Positions 19,396 to 29,604 of a stretch of DNA of 59,757 nucleotides are shown here, piece after piece; position 1 is the stretch's first letter; each line of letters opens with the position of its first letter. This DNA comes from a virus. Its lineage: Duplodnaviria; Caudoviricetes. The stretch is from positions 1 to 59,757 of IMG/VR virus record IMGVR_UViG_3300033143_004977; one strand, written 5' to 3'. Under the pieces are notes generated by a model. It did no database searches. It was given only the letters and a program-made list of their open reading frames with translations, and was not told the DNA's origin. The position numbers were made by a program, and so were the translations under genes.

Positions 19396-19885
19396 AGATT
19401 ATGAAATAAACTGGGAAGATGAAAAAACAGGAACTGGTAAATTATGTGCATATATTTATCCAGAAAGCGATTGTTCAGTAATGGTAATTGGGCAAAATCC
19501 TTCTCATAGAAGATATAGGGGAACTCATGCAATGAATGGTAAACAAGGTGATATATTTAGAGAAATATTTGGTAAAAGTCGTTTGGTTTTTACGAATCTT
19601 ATACAAATTTCAACGCCAGATAATAAAGTAGATCATTTAACAAACCAACAAATTGAGCATTGTATAAAACATTTACTTTATGAAATCAAAGAAATAAAAC
19701 CAAAATTGATAATAGTATGCAGTTATTTTGCAAAAAGAAAACTCAACGAGCTTAATTATAGATTAGATATAACTGGTTCTATAGTTAAATTCATTAAACA
19801 CCCTGATTATTATTTATCATATCAAAAAGGAAACATTAACGAATATTATAAAGAAATAATAAATATTAAAAAAGAATGTCTATGA
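19334..19885 (+). CDS. Uracil-DNA glycosylase superfamily protein (family 4/5-like)
   Basis: CNSC, VMVIGQNPS, FTNL, IKPKLII, KHPDY. Confidence 0.75.
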   Translation: MKNLQEKLKEKLNSCNSCPFEDYEINWEDEKTGTGKLCAYIYPESDCSVMVIGQNPSHRRYRGTHAMNGKQGDIFREIFGKSRLVFTNLIQISTPDNKVDHLTNQQIEHCIKHLLYEIKEIKPKLIIVCSYFAKRKLNELNYRLDITGSIVKFIKHPDYYLSYQKGNINEYYKEIINIKKECL

Positions 19886-20331
19886 AAAGAAATTTTTATC
19901 TTATTTTTGAAGGAATAGATAGAGTTGGAAAAACGACTACTAGAAAATTAGTCGAAAAAGAAAGAAATGTAAAAGACACTGGTATTGATAGATTTATTGG
20001 TTCGAGCATAGTATATGGTAAGATATACAAAAGATACTCTAAAAAAGAATTTGAAAAACTGTACAATGATGAATATCTTTTTTCGACGACATTTGATACT
20101 ATTTTAATTTTTCTTTATTCTTCTGTAGACATAACTATTAAACGAATTGAAGAAAGCGGACATGAAAAAATAGATAAAAAACTTCTTACTGAAACATTAA
20201 AAGAATTTAATAATTATTATGAAAAATCTAGTTTTAAAAATAAAATTAAAATCGACACTGGTAAATATTCACAAAAAGAAGTAGTTGAGAAAATTTTAAA
20301 TTATTTAAAAAAAATAGAAAAAAATATATGA
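19876..20331 (+). CDS. Thymidylate/dNMP kinase-like protein
   Basis: IFEGIDRVGKTT, DRF..S..VYG, IDT. Confidence 0.8.
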   Translation: MSMKRNFYLIFEGIDRVGKTTTRKLVEKERNVKDTGIDRFIGSSIVYGKIYKRYSKKEFEKLYNDEYLFSTTFDTILIFLYSSVDITIKRIEESGHEKIDKKLLTETLKEFNNYYEKSSFKNKIKIDTGKYSQKEVVEKILNYLKKIEKNI

Positions 20332-21170
20332 AAATACTTATAACAGGTTCTAAAGGTGCAATAGGCTCATATTTGACACCTTATTTGAAAAAGAAATATG
20401 AAGTCATAGAAATTATTTCGGACATATCTAATTATTCTGATTTGAAAAGCAAAATAGAAAAACACAAAGAAGCTGATTGGATTATTAATTTAGCAGCTTT
20501 AGTAAATACTATAACATGTGATATTGCTGGCAGATATGCGTTTGATGTAAACGTCAAAGGAGCATATAATGTTGCGATAATATCTAAAGAATTTAAAATA
20601 AAACATTGTTTTTTTTCGACTACTGCTATTTATAAACCGAATATTTTAATTAAAGAAGAATCAGAAAAAAATCCACAGACTCTATATGGTTTTACAAAAT
20701 ATCTTGGTGAAAAAACAGTCGAATTTGTTTATAAAGACCAAAAAGAAAATCTATTGATTATAAGACCTTGTTTTATTTTCGGTGGTAAAAACGATCATTC
20801 AATTGGTTCCTTGATTGTTAAGTCTGCAATTAAACAAATACCTTTAGTTATTTTATTAGATCCAGAAAACAAAAAAGATTATATGCATATCACTAATTTT
20901 TCTGAAGCGATTTATAAATTAATAGAAAAAGACGCTAGTGGAGATTATAATATCAGTTATGGCAAACCAATTAAATTTAAAGAATTAGTCGATAAAGTCA
21001 AAAAAATGAATTTAAATCCAATAATATATTATAGACCAGAAGAAGACTATATGAAAAATCACATAGTTGATAATTCTAAATTGAAAAATATAATAAATTG
21101 GAACCCAACTATTACTTTAGATGATGGATTAAAAGAAGTTTTTAAAAATATAACAAAAAAACATGAATGA
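20328..21170 (+). CDS. NAD-dependent nucleotide-sugar epimerase/dehydratase (extended SDR)
   Basis: ITGSKGAIG, INLAA, STTAIY, YGFTK, YNI. Confidence 0.9.
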   Translation: MKILITGSKGAIGSYLTPYLKKKYEVIEIISDISNYSDLKSKIEKHKEADWIINLAALVNTITCDIAGRYAFDVNVKGAYNVAIISKEFKIKHCFFSTTAIYKPNILIKEESEKNPQTLYGFTKYLGEKTVEFVYKDQKENLLIIRPCFIFGGKNDHSIGSLIVKSAIKQIPLVILLDPENKKDYMHITNFSEAIYKLIEKDASGDYNISYGKPIKFKELVDKVKKMNLNPIIYYRPEEDYMKNHIVDNSKLKNIINWNPTITLDDGLKEVFKNITKKHE

Positions 21171-22203
21171 TGATGAAAAAAATGAATTTCGAAAATTATT
21201 ACACACTCTTCCTGAACAAGTACCAAAATTAGACATGAATGAAATTAATTCTTTTATAGAAAATGAAGAAAAATGGAAAAAAAATGAGTTTGGTATAAAA
21301 ATAGGGCCTTTTCAATTTTATGAAGGAGTCAAAGGATTGACAGTCGAAATGATTGATTTTCCAAAAAATCCATATATGCTTCTTTATGAATTCGCTGTCG
21401 CGACTTGGGGAAATGAAGAATATCCAAGTATGTGGAGTAAAACGAAACCAGAACATCGATTCGTTGTAGTTAAAAATGTTTTAGAAGGGAAAGCACTTCC
21501 TCTTGGTAAAGAAGCATTACAATTTAGTTTTATTATTAGAAAAGCAAGTCGTGCTTCATTTGACCAACATGCAAGACAGAGAATAGGTGCTACATTTGCA
21601 AGCCAGGGTGTTAGAGATAATTCAAGACTTCTTGCAGGATTTAGAGTACCAAACGAAATTTGGAAAAATGAAGAAAAATTAAAAAAAGTAATAAAAATGA
21701 ATTTGTTGCTTAAAAAAATATATTATGAATTAATCAGTTCTGAAAAAAATAATAATTCGTTTCAAGCAGCAAGATGTATGATGACAATGAATTGGACACA
21801 TAATTATAAATACACTGTAAATTATATGGCATTAGGAAGTTATATGGCCCAACGTTTAGTAGCATCTGAACAAGAAGACACTGTAGCAACAGCGATAGGC
21901 ATATGGAATCAAATAAATAAAAAATTTCCTCTTCTTGCTAATTTTTTAAGGCCAAAATGTGATTGGGCTGGTAAATGCAAATGTCATCAAGGAGACGGTG
22001 GTGAATTATTCGGAGCATTATTTAAAGGTTGTGGTAGATTTCCAGAAACAGAAGGAAAATATGCTACTTTTAATTGGGCATGTACAGATTATAATACATT
22101 AGAAAAACAATCAATGATTCATTTACCAAATCCAGATGAATGGAAAACATATAATACTTTAAAAGATTTAACAGAAGAAGATCAAAAATTATTTGAAGAA
22201 TAA
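21163..22203 (+). CDS. Divergent flavin-dependent thymidylate synthase (ThyX)-like protein
   Basis: FSFII..ASRASFDQHARQR..FASQGVRD; QAARCMM; QRL; LRPKC. Confidence 0.7.
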   Translation: MNDDEKNEFRKLLHTLPEQVPKLDMNEINSFIENEEKWKKNEFGIKIGPFQFYEGVKGLTVEMIDFPKNPYMLLYEFAVATWGNEEYPSMWSKTKPEHRFVVVKNVLEGKALPLGKEALQFSFIIRKASRASFDQHARQRIGATFASQGVRDNSRLLAGFRVPNEIWKNEEKLKKVIKMNLLLKKIYYELISSEKNNNSFQAARCMMTMNWTHNYKYTVNYMALGSYMAQRLVASEQEDTVATAIGIWNQINKKFPLLANFLRPKCDWAGKCKCHQGDGGELFGALFKGCGRFPETEGKYATFNWACTDYNTLEKQSMIHLPNPDEWKTYNTLKDLTEEDQKLFEE

Positions 22204-24793
22204 TATGACAATAAAAAATATTAAACCAGTATGTGGTTGGGATGATCAAAAAAAGATATATTTGGTTCATCATAAAAACAATAAGAAAAAAATTTGTATA
22301 ATAGATAATTTTGAATGGTATTTTGTAATTAAAAAAGAAGATTTTGAAAAAGAAAAAATAAAAAATATTCTGTTAAAATCAGAATGTTTTTTGAGAAAAG
22401 TAAAAATTAAAAATAATTTTGCTAAAATACATTGTATGAAAAATGTACCATATTTACTTGGCAAATTATTCAAAGAATTAAAAAAAGAATCAGTAAAATT
22501 ATATGAAACAGACATATCTTTAATAAAAAGATATATGATTGATAATAAAATAGAAATAGAAGAAAATTTATCTATTCTTTTTTTTGATATAGAGACAGAT
22601 GATACAGACGATGGCATAACAATAGGAAAGAATAGAATTCTTTCATGGGCAGCATGTGATACAAATAAAAATATTTTTTATGATACTAGCAAAGATGAAA
22701 AAAAATTGATATTAAGTTTATTAAAAAAAATATCAGAATATGATATAATAGTTGGCTGGAATTCAAAGAATTTCGATATGCCTTATATAAAAAAAAGAGT
22801 AGAATACCATAATATATGTGGCAAAAAAAATAAAAAAATAGTTCCATTAGAAGAAACTAATTTCTGGAAAAAAATAATGCATGTAGATATGATGCAGAGA
22901 TTAATTAAACTTTTTGGGCCAATGATGACTATTATCAATTTGCCAGGATTTAGTTTAAATGATGTTTCTTTTACTTTTTTAAATGAAAAAAAAGTAGAAC
23001 ATGAAGAAAAAATAATAGAAATGTATAATAATAATCCAGAGAAACTTAAAAAATATAATATACAAGATGTTGTTCTTTTATATAAATTGAATGAAAAATT
23101 AAGAACATTGCCTCTAATGATTAAAGAATGCAGTTGGACAGGAACATTCATAGATAGATTTTTTATTGGTGAACTTTTAGATAATTATATTTTAAGAGAA
23201 GCTAATGAAAAAAAACTTCATTTGTTTTCACGACCTGATTTCGAACAACAAGAAAAAACAAAAAAATTAAGAGTAAGAGGAGGTTATGTTATGGAACCTG
23301 TTACTGGAATGTATGATTATATTAGAGTAATGGATTATAAAAGCCTTTACCCGTCTATAATAGTTAGTTGGAACATTGGACAAGAATCATTAATTGAAAA
23401 TGAAATATCTGTTAAAGCAAAAGAAAATTTTGATAAATGGCTTGGAGATAGAAAAATCGAAGAAGTAAATTATAAAGAATGGCATGATTTTCTTAAAAAA
23501 GAAAATCTAAAGTATAACCAGAAAAATGAATATTATCAAACTGCTAATAATCAGTATTTTAAAAAAGAACCAATAAGCGTAGTAAGTGATCTTGTCAACA
23601 ATCTTCTTAATGAAAGAAAGTCTTATAAAAAACAACAACTTGAATCGAAGTACAATTCATTAGAATATAAAAATGCACAAGCTTCACAAGAAACAGTGAA
23701 AGAGATGGCAAATAGCATTTATGGAATTTGCGCTGATAAAAAATCAAGATATTTTGATCCTAGAATTGCAGAAGCTATAACATTAACAGGACAGTTCATG
23801 AATAGAACAGCGGTTGATATTATTGAAAAGATGAAATATAAAGTAATATATTGTGACACGGATTCTGTTTTCACCAGAATAAAGAATGATACTGAAATGA
23901 AAAAAGTAACAGAAAAAGTAAATAAAAATCTTTCAGTATTTCTAATGAAAAAATATAATTTTAAAAAATATATCATTAATTTAGAATACGAAAAGAAATT
24001 CAAAAAATTTATTATGATTGACAAGAAAAGATATTCTGGTTATTTGACTGAAGCTGATGGAAAACCAGTAGATTCTATTTTGTCTAAAGGAATTGAAAAT
24101 GTCAGAAAGAATACAATTATTTTTACTAAAAATAAAATGAATGAACTATTAAATCTTATTTTAAAGAAGAATAAAAAATCAAAATATTTAAAAGAATGGA
24201 TTCTCAGTTTAAAAAAGTATGTTTTAAATAATAAAATAAAACCAGAAAATTTGTCTATAACAATGAAACTTTCTAAACCCACTACTAGTTATAAATCAAA
24301 ACCACCTCATGTAAGATTGGCTGAAAAACTTATAAAAGAAAAGAAAATATTAGAAACACAAGAAGGAAAACATAATTGGGGGCAAAAAATAGAATATATT
24401 ATTACAGATAGCAAAAATAAAATGGAATCTGTATTAACAAGCGAATACAATGGTAAATGGGATCGAAATTATTATTGGGACGTTCAAATATATGCTCCAT
24501 TAATGAGAATTTTAAAAGCATGTTTTCCAAAACAAGATTGGGAAAAGTATAGTATAACTTTATATGAAAGAAAATTATTAAAAAAAGAAAAAGAAGAAGC
24601 AAAAATAAAAAGAGAAAAAGAGAGAGAAATCAAAAGAAAAATAAGAGAAAAAAATAAAAAAGAAAGAGAAAAAAATAAAAAAAGAAAAGAATTAGAAAGA
24701 ACTAAAAAATTAAAATTAAAAGAAAAAATCAAAAAACAAAAAGAAAAATTAAAAGAAAAAAAAGAAGCGAAACAGAAAAGTGAAATTTATTAA
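22193..24793 (+). CDS. polB: Family B DNA polymerase
   Basis: Exonuclease FDIETD, NSKNFD, YNIQD; polymerase DYKSLYPS, KEMANSIYG, YCDTDS, KKRY. Confidence 0.95.
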   Translation: MKNNMTIKNIKPVCGWDDQKKIYLVHHKNNKKKICIIDNFEWYFVIKKEDFEKEKIKNILLKSECFLRKVKIKNNFAKIHCMKNVPYLLGKLFKELKKESVKLYETDISLIKRYMIDNKIEIEENLSILFFDIETDDTDDGITIGKNRILSWAACDTNKNIFYDTSKDEKKLILSLLKKISEYDIIVGWNSKNFDMPYIKKRVEYHNICGKKNKKIVPLEETNFWKKIMHVDMMQRLIKLFGPMMTIINLPGFSLNDVSFTFLNEKKVEHEEKIIEMYNNNPEKLKKYNIQDVVLLYKLNEKLRTLPLMIKECSWTGTFIDRFFIGELLDNYILREANEKKLHLFSRPDFEQQEKTKKLRVRGGYVMEPVTGMYDYIRVMDYKSLYPSIIVSWNIGQESLIENEISVKAKENFDKWLGDRKIEEVNYKEWHDFLKKENLKYNQKNEYYQTANNQYFKKEPISVVSDLVNNLLNERKSYKKQQLESKYNSLEYKNAQASQETVKEMANSIYGICADKKSRYFDPRIAEAITLTGQFMNRTAVDIIEKMKYKVIYCDTDSVFTRIKNDTEMKKVTEKVNKNLSVFLMKKYNFKKYIINLEYEKKFKKFIMIDKKRYSGYLTEADGKPVDSILSKGIENVRKNTIIFTKNKMNELLNLILKKNKKSKYLKEWILSLKKYVLNNKIKPENLSITMKLSKPTTSYKSKPPHVRLAEKLIKEKKILETQEGKHNWGQKIEYIITDSKNKMESVLTSEYNGKWDRNYYWDVQIYAPLMRILKACFPKQDWEKYSITLYERKLLKKEKEEAKIKREKEREIKRKIREKNKKEREKNKKRKELERTKKLKLKEKIKKQKEKLKEKKEAKQKSEIY

Positions 24794-25664
24794 TTATAAA
24801 AATATGCCAAAAATCAATCTTAGTAAAATAATCCCCGATCCAGATCAACCTAGAAAAGTATTTTCTAAAACAGAATTGTTTGAATTGCAAAATTCAATAC
24901 AAGCACAAGGTATTCTTTCACCAATCATCGTCGAAAGTAATTATCAAAAAGATAAGTATTTATTAATAGATGGTGAAAGACGCTATCGATGTGCAAAAAA
25001 ATTAGAATTAGAAACGGTACCTGTAGAAATTATTGAAGGACCATTAACATATAAAGAACGAACAGAAAAAAGATTTCATGTGCAAGAACAACATAGTAAC
25101 TGGTCAGAATTAGATAAAGCAAGGGCAATATATGATTATAAGAAAACATCAAAGAAAACTCTTGCTGAAATAGCTGAAACTCTTAACCTTCAGGTGCCCA
25201 AGGTGCATGGTTATCTAAGTGTTACTGAGTTTACGGAAGCTGGCAAGAAACTTATTAATGAACATAATATTGACTTTACGTATCTTATATTCCTAATTCG
25301 CGCTGTTAAACATTATTTAGTAATATCTGACCTAAAGCAAGAGTACATAGAGGAAAAGCTTATTCTTAAAATAGTATCAGGCACTTTCGCGAAAGTTAGT
25401 GATATTCAATCATTCTCCAAAGCAATGAGTTGTAATAATTATGAAAAATTAAAAATAAATTTTCTAGAAAGATTAGATTTTTCCTTCGAAGATTTTATCA
25501 ATCGAACAAATGTTAATAAAAAAGAGGAAACACAAGTATTTGATAGAATTCTTATAAAATTAGATTTAGAAATTTCTAAAAATATAGAAAAAAAGAATTT
25601 TCTAACAAAGAATCATCTAGAAATGCTAGAAAAGATTAGAAATTCTATAAATAGAATATTATGA
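24780..25664 (+). CDS. ParB/Srx-domain protein
   Basis: PDPDQPRK, GILSPIIV, LIDGERRYR, followed by an HTH. Confidence 0.85.
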   Translation: MKFINYKNMPKINLSKIIPDPDQPRKVFSKTELFELQNSIQAQGILSPIIVESNYQKDKYLLIDGERRYRCAKKLELETVPVEIIEGPLTYKERTEKRFHVQEQHSNWSELDKARAIYDYKKTSKKTLAEIAETLNLQVPKVHGYLSVTEFTEAGKKLINEHNIDFTYLIFLIRAVKHYLVISDLKQEYIEEKLILKIVSGTFAKVSDIQSFSKAMSCNNYEKLKINFLERLDFSFEDFINRTNVNKKEETQVFDRILIKLDLEISKNIEKKNFLTKNHLEMLEKIRNSINRIL

Positions 25665-26431
25665 AACACGTTGTTCTTTCACCTCACTTTGATGATGCTG
25701 TTATCTCATTGGGTGGTTATTTAGATATTCTTGGAAAAAAAGCAACAGTCATTACGTTTTTTACTAGTAGTCCAATAAAACCAATAGTTATAAAATGGGA
25801 TAACAAATGTGGTTTTATAAATAGTAAAGATACTGTAAAACAGAGAAAAATAGAAAATCTAAAAGCTTTAAAAATATTAAATAACAATATAATCGATTAT
25901 GAATATATTCAACATTCATATAGAAAAAAAAGAATGTCTAAAATAGAAGAAAAAGAATTGATTAACGAAATCGAAAAAGATATTAATAAAATATTAAATA
26001 CCAACAAAGAAATATCATTATATAGTCCAGCATATCTTGGTTCTAGAACACATAAAGATCATAAAATATTGCATCATGCTTTTATAAAAACAAATAAGAA
26101 TAATAAAAATCAAAAACATAAATTTTATATTTATGAAGATTATCTATATTGTGATAATTTTAGAATCAGACATGAAATTATGAAAAATTCGACTTTGTTA
26201 CGGTATTTTTCATCTTTGTACTCTTCATTAACAATTATTGAAAAAACAATAAAATTGAAAAATATTAATCTTGAAAATAAGCTTGAAGCAATATTAAAAT
26301 ATAAATCACAAGTATTTGGATTTGATAATTATTCTGATTCACCAATGTTTTCATTGACTAAAGTCATAGATTATAATAGAAAAAGATACAAAGACATTAA
26401 TTCATGTGAAATAATATATCAAATAATATGA
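25661..26431 (+). CDS. PIG-L family de-N-acetylase
   Basis: SPHFDDA, HKDH, YED, YKSQ. Confidence 0.85.
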   Translation: MKHVVLSPHFDDAVISLGGYLDILGKKATVITFFTSSPIKPIVIKWDNKCGFINSKDTVKQRKIENLKALKILNNNIIDYEYIQHSYRKKRMSKIEEKELINEIEKDINKILNTNKEISLYSPAYLGSRTHKDHKILHHAFIKTNKNNKNQKHKFYIYEDYLYCDNFRIRHEIMKNSTLLRYFSSLYSSLTIIEKTIKLKNINLENKLEAILKYKSQVFGFDNYSDSPMFSLTKVIDYNRKRYKDINSCEIIYQII

Positions 26432-27264
26432 AAATATGCATAGCAAGTAAAAATCGTGCAGAAACAATGACTACACAACTTTTTTTTAATCCAAAAGATA
26501 TATTAATTTTTGTTGAACCTCAAGAAATTAAAAAATATCAGATTTTTAATTCTGGTTATAAATTAGTAAACATAAAAAAGAATAATAAAGGTATAGCATA
26601 TGCAAGAAATTTTATATTAAATTATATGTCTGATAAATGTATATTAATGGCAGACGATGACTATCAATGGTTTGGTAAAAGAAATAAAGAAGGTAGATAT
26701 GATACATTAAAAAATTGCCAAGAAATGGTCAATAATATAGAAAAAAATTTAAAAAATTGTGAAATATGTGGAATTTCAGATAATTCTTTTAGTTATTTTG
26801 TAAATAAAAATAACAATAATAAAAGAATATATTTTAATGATTCCGTAGTAAGAGGTATATATGGTATTAATATACAATGGCTAAAAAAGAAAAATATAAA
26901 GTATGATGAAAAATTAAAATGTGAAACTGAAGACATAGATATTAATATAATGATTATTATCAATAAAGGTAAAACATGTATTGATTATAAATATAGTCGC
27001 AAAGATTCATATAGATATGCAGGAGGATTGACAAAAGAAAGAGGAGGTATATTAACTTTAGATATATTACAAAGAAATATTATAAATAATTTAGCTAAAA
27101 AATATGGTACTGAATTTTTTTCAACTTCACATGATCAATATGGTAATTTAAAAACAAGAACTCTTAAATTTAAATTGATTATTAAGAGATCAGATATTGT
27201 TAAAAAATATGTTGATAAATATAATAAAGAAAATGAACAACGACTTCAGTCAAAAAACTCGTGA
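26428..27264 (+). CDS. GT-A fold glycosyltransferase (phage DNA-glycosylating TAGT/GREB1-like type)
   Basis: IASKNRA, FVEPQE..Y, GIAYARN, MADDD, TEDID, GGL. Confidence 0.75.
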   Translation: MKICIASKNRAETMTTQLFFNPKDILIFVEPQEIKKYQIFNSGYKLVNIKKNNKGIAYARNFILNYMSDKCILMADDDYQWFGKRNKEGRYDTLKNCQEMVNNIEKNLKNCEICGISDNSFSYFVNKNNNNKRIYFNDSVVRGIYGINIQWLKKKNIKYDEKLKCETEDIDINIMIIINKGKTCIDYKYSRKDSYRYAGGLTKERGGILTLDILQRNIINNLAKKYGTEFFSTSHDQYGNLKTRTLKFKLIIKRSDIVKKYVDKYNKENEQRLQSKNS

Positions 27265-27385
27265 TCTTTTCTTCTGGAATACGACTTGCTGGTTTTGCAG
27301 AAAAAATCACGCTGATTGTCTTCATCATATTTTAGGCAGAACTTCAAATTCTCCTCTAAATGCAGCGCCTATGTACAATTTTTAA
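27233..27385 (+). pseudogene. Truncated 5' copy of the gene at 28135
   Basis: About 46 codons homologous to 28135 onward, including 33 identical nt; cut off at a promoter. Confidence 0.75.
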
Positions 27386-27400
27386 AATATATATTATATT
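27372..27400 (+). promoter_or_regulatory. Phage promoter (variant) at the start of an HNH insert
   Basis: GCCTA-TGTACA-17 nt-TATATT. Confidence 0.5.
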
Positions 27401-27407
27401 ATAAATA

Positions 27408-28145
27408 ATGAATAAGTATTGCATAATATGTTCTAAAAAACATAACAATAAAAAATTCTGTTCTGTTCAATGTTATTATCAATATTTGAATTTGCTTAAA
27501 ACAAAGAAAAAAAGAAGTAAAACATTTATTGATTTACATAAAATAAAACAATTTGGATTTCAACAAAAAAATAAGTATAGATTTCAGAAAAATAGAATTC
27601 CATGGAACAAAGGATTGACAAAAGAAACTGATGAAAGAGTTAGAAAAAGTGCTGAAAAGTTAAGTAAAACTAATACTGGTCATAAAGCATCATTAAAAAC
27701 AAGAAAAAAGATGAGTAAACAACGTAAAGGAAAGCCTACTTGGCTTTCTAATTTATCAACTAAAGAATATCAATATATGATAAATACACATTATGGCGGA
27801 AAACCACCCGCTCGAAAATATGATGGTAAAACAGATGCTTTATCAATCAAACGAAGATTTTTTGAGAAAATAGAAAAAAAAGGATATCTTGGTTTTGATG
27901 AATATCCTTGTGAATGTTGTGGCAGAACAAGTGGTACTATTTTTGACTTACATCATATTATTTTTCGATCAGAAAGACCATATCATAAAAAATTACATCA
28001 TATAGATAATATTTTGTATGTATGTAGATACTGTCATGATAAATTTCATAGAGATCCATTTTTCAGAAATGACATTGTGCGAAAAAGAAAATTAGATAAA
28101 ATATTCAATTTGAAAATAGTTGAAAAAACATCATATGAAAAATAA
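27408..28145 (+). CDS. HNH homing endonuclease with NUMOD3-like repeats
   Basis: PWNKG, RKKMS, CECC..DLHHI..N..CRYCH. Confidence 0.85.
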   Translation: MNKYCIICSKKHNNKKFCSVQCYYQYLNLLKTKKKRSKTFIDLHKIKQFGFQQKNKYRFQKNRIPWNKGLTKETDERVRKSAEKLSKTNTGHKASLKTRKKMSKQRKGKPTWLSNLSTKEYQYMINTHYGGKPPARKYDGKTDALSIKRRFFEKIEKKGYLGFDEYPCECCGRTSGTIFDLHHIIFRSERPYHKKLHHIDNILYVCRYCHDKFHRDPFFRNDIVRKRKLDKIFNLKIVEKTSYEK

Positions 28146-28440
28146 TTTTACAGAAAAAACAAAAGATTTGTTTTTTTGGAATACGCAATGCTGGTTTTGC
28201 AGAAAAAATCACGCTGATTGTTTGCATTATATTTTAAAAGATATATCAACTTCTCCTTTAAATATTGCACCATTAAATAATGATGAGTGTTGCATCAAGA
28301 ATGGAAAACTTGCTTCTGTAAAAGTGCAAGGTCAATTATTACGAAAAACATTAAAATATTTATTGAAGAATAATTATGAACTTACACACGAAGATAAATT
28401 ATTTATGTTGCAAAATAAACGTATTTATAAATATCATTGA
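28135..28440 (+). CDS. HNH-like Zn-binding protein with apparently degenerate active site
   Basis: CWFC..HADCLHYIL..PLN..ECC. Confidence 0.6.
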   Translation: MKNNFTEKTKDLFFWNTQCWFCRKNHADCLHYILKDISTSPLNIAPLNNDECCIKNGKLASVKVQGQLLRKTLKYLLKNNYELTHEDKLFMLQNKRIYKYH

Positions 28441-28448
28441 TTTGCCTA

Positions 28449-28477
28449 TTTACAAATAGTTAAAAGTATGGTATAAT
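28449..28477 (+). promoter_or_regulatory. Phage consensus promoter
   Basis: TTTACA-17 nt-TATAAT with TG. Confidence 0.8.
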
Positions 28478-28512
28478 ATGGATATGGTTAAATAATAATT
28501 AATAATAAAAAT

Positions 28513-28752
28513 ATGACATTTATTGAAAGAATGACACGAATCAAAAACATCTTAAAAACACCTTATCATTTCTTTACAGTCACATCAGACAAAGAAGTGT
28601 TATTACGATTAGAAGATAGTAAAGAATGTAAATATTCTTTTAAGGGATATATAATGATTGAAGCAATCAAAGAAGCAGAAGCATACATCAAACAAGAAAT
28701 CAACGCTGGTAGTTTAAAAGAAATAAACGACAATAATGAAAAGAAAAATTAA
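28513..28752 (+). CDS. Hypothetical protein
   Basis: First ORF after the promoter. Confidence 0.6.
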   Translation: MTFIERMTRIKNILKTPYHFFTVTSDKEVLLRLEDSKECKYSFKGYIMIEAIKEAEAYIKQEINAGSLKEINDNNEKKN

Positions 28753-29164
28753 ATTTAGAGCGTGGGCTATTGGTAATAAGAAAATGTTATATGACATATG
28801 TGTTATGTTTTGTCCAACAGAATTAAGAGAATACAGAATATACACAAGTAGTGATTGGTATAAAGGCAAAGAATATGGAGAATTTTTAGGAAATGATAAA
28901 CATTTTGAAATACAACAATACACTGGACTAAAAGACAAAAACGGAAAAGAGATATACGAAGGAGATGTTGTTAAAGGATACATACCAGATTCAGAATCAG
29001 ATTTGTATTTTGAAGCAAATGTAATAAAATTTGATGAAAGCAGTTATTCTATTCATAATAATATAGGGTACATTGGAGATTTACATCATTGTTCAATAAA
29101 TAATAGTATTGAAATCATAGGCAACATCTATGAAAATCCTAATGTATTAAAACGATGCAAATAA
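28736..29164 (+). CDS. YopX family protein
   Basis: IKFRAW, QYTGLKDKNGKEIYEGDVV, EIIGNIYENP. Confidence 0.95.
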   Translation: MKRKIKFRAWAIGNKKMLYDICVMFCPTELREYRIYTSSDWYKGKEYGEFLGNDKHFEIQQYTGLKDKNGKEIYEGDVVKGYIPDSESDLYFEANVIKFDESSYSIHNNIGYIGDLHHCSINNSIEIIGNIYENPNVLKRCK

Positions 29165-29340
29165 ATAATGAAAAAGAAATACGAGAATCTGGTGCAGTAT
29201 TTTGGGTAAGAACACCCGTTGCATTAATAATGAAAAATACAATAACACCAGAAGAATATTATAATGTGGAAAGCATAGAGTATGGTAATTCTTCGATAGG
29301 TAAAATAATTGAAGAAATCAAATACAAATAAATTAGAAAC

Positions 29341-29583
29341 ATGACAAAGATAAACAAAATTATATGCGATATTTGCCAGAAAGAAATTGATGTTAGTTTA
29401 GGAATGGGAATGTTTGAAAGAATTGAAATTAATCGAGAAAAGAATTTCTTAGCAAAATTACCTGGCAAATTTAATGAAAAAGATATCCGCAAGGAATCTC
29501 TTGATATGTGCAACAATTGTTCTGAATTACTTGCAGAATATGTGAAAAAGTTGAAAACAGAAGTATCAATTAAAAAGAACTAA
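29341..29583 (+). CDS. Zn-finger hypothetical protein
   Basis: CDIC ... DMCNNC. Confidence 0.65.
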   Translation: MTKINKIICDICQKEIDVSLGMGMFERIEINREKNFLAKLPGKFNEKDIRKESLDMCNNCSELLAEYVKKLKTEVSIKKN

Positions 29584-29604
29584 GATTCTCTTAGGTCTTT
29601 AACT

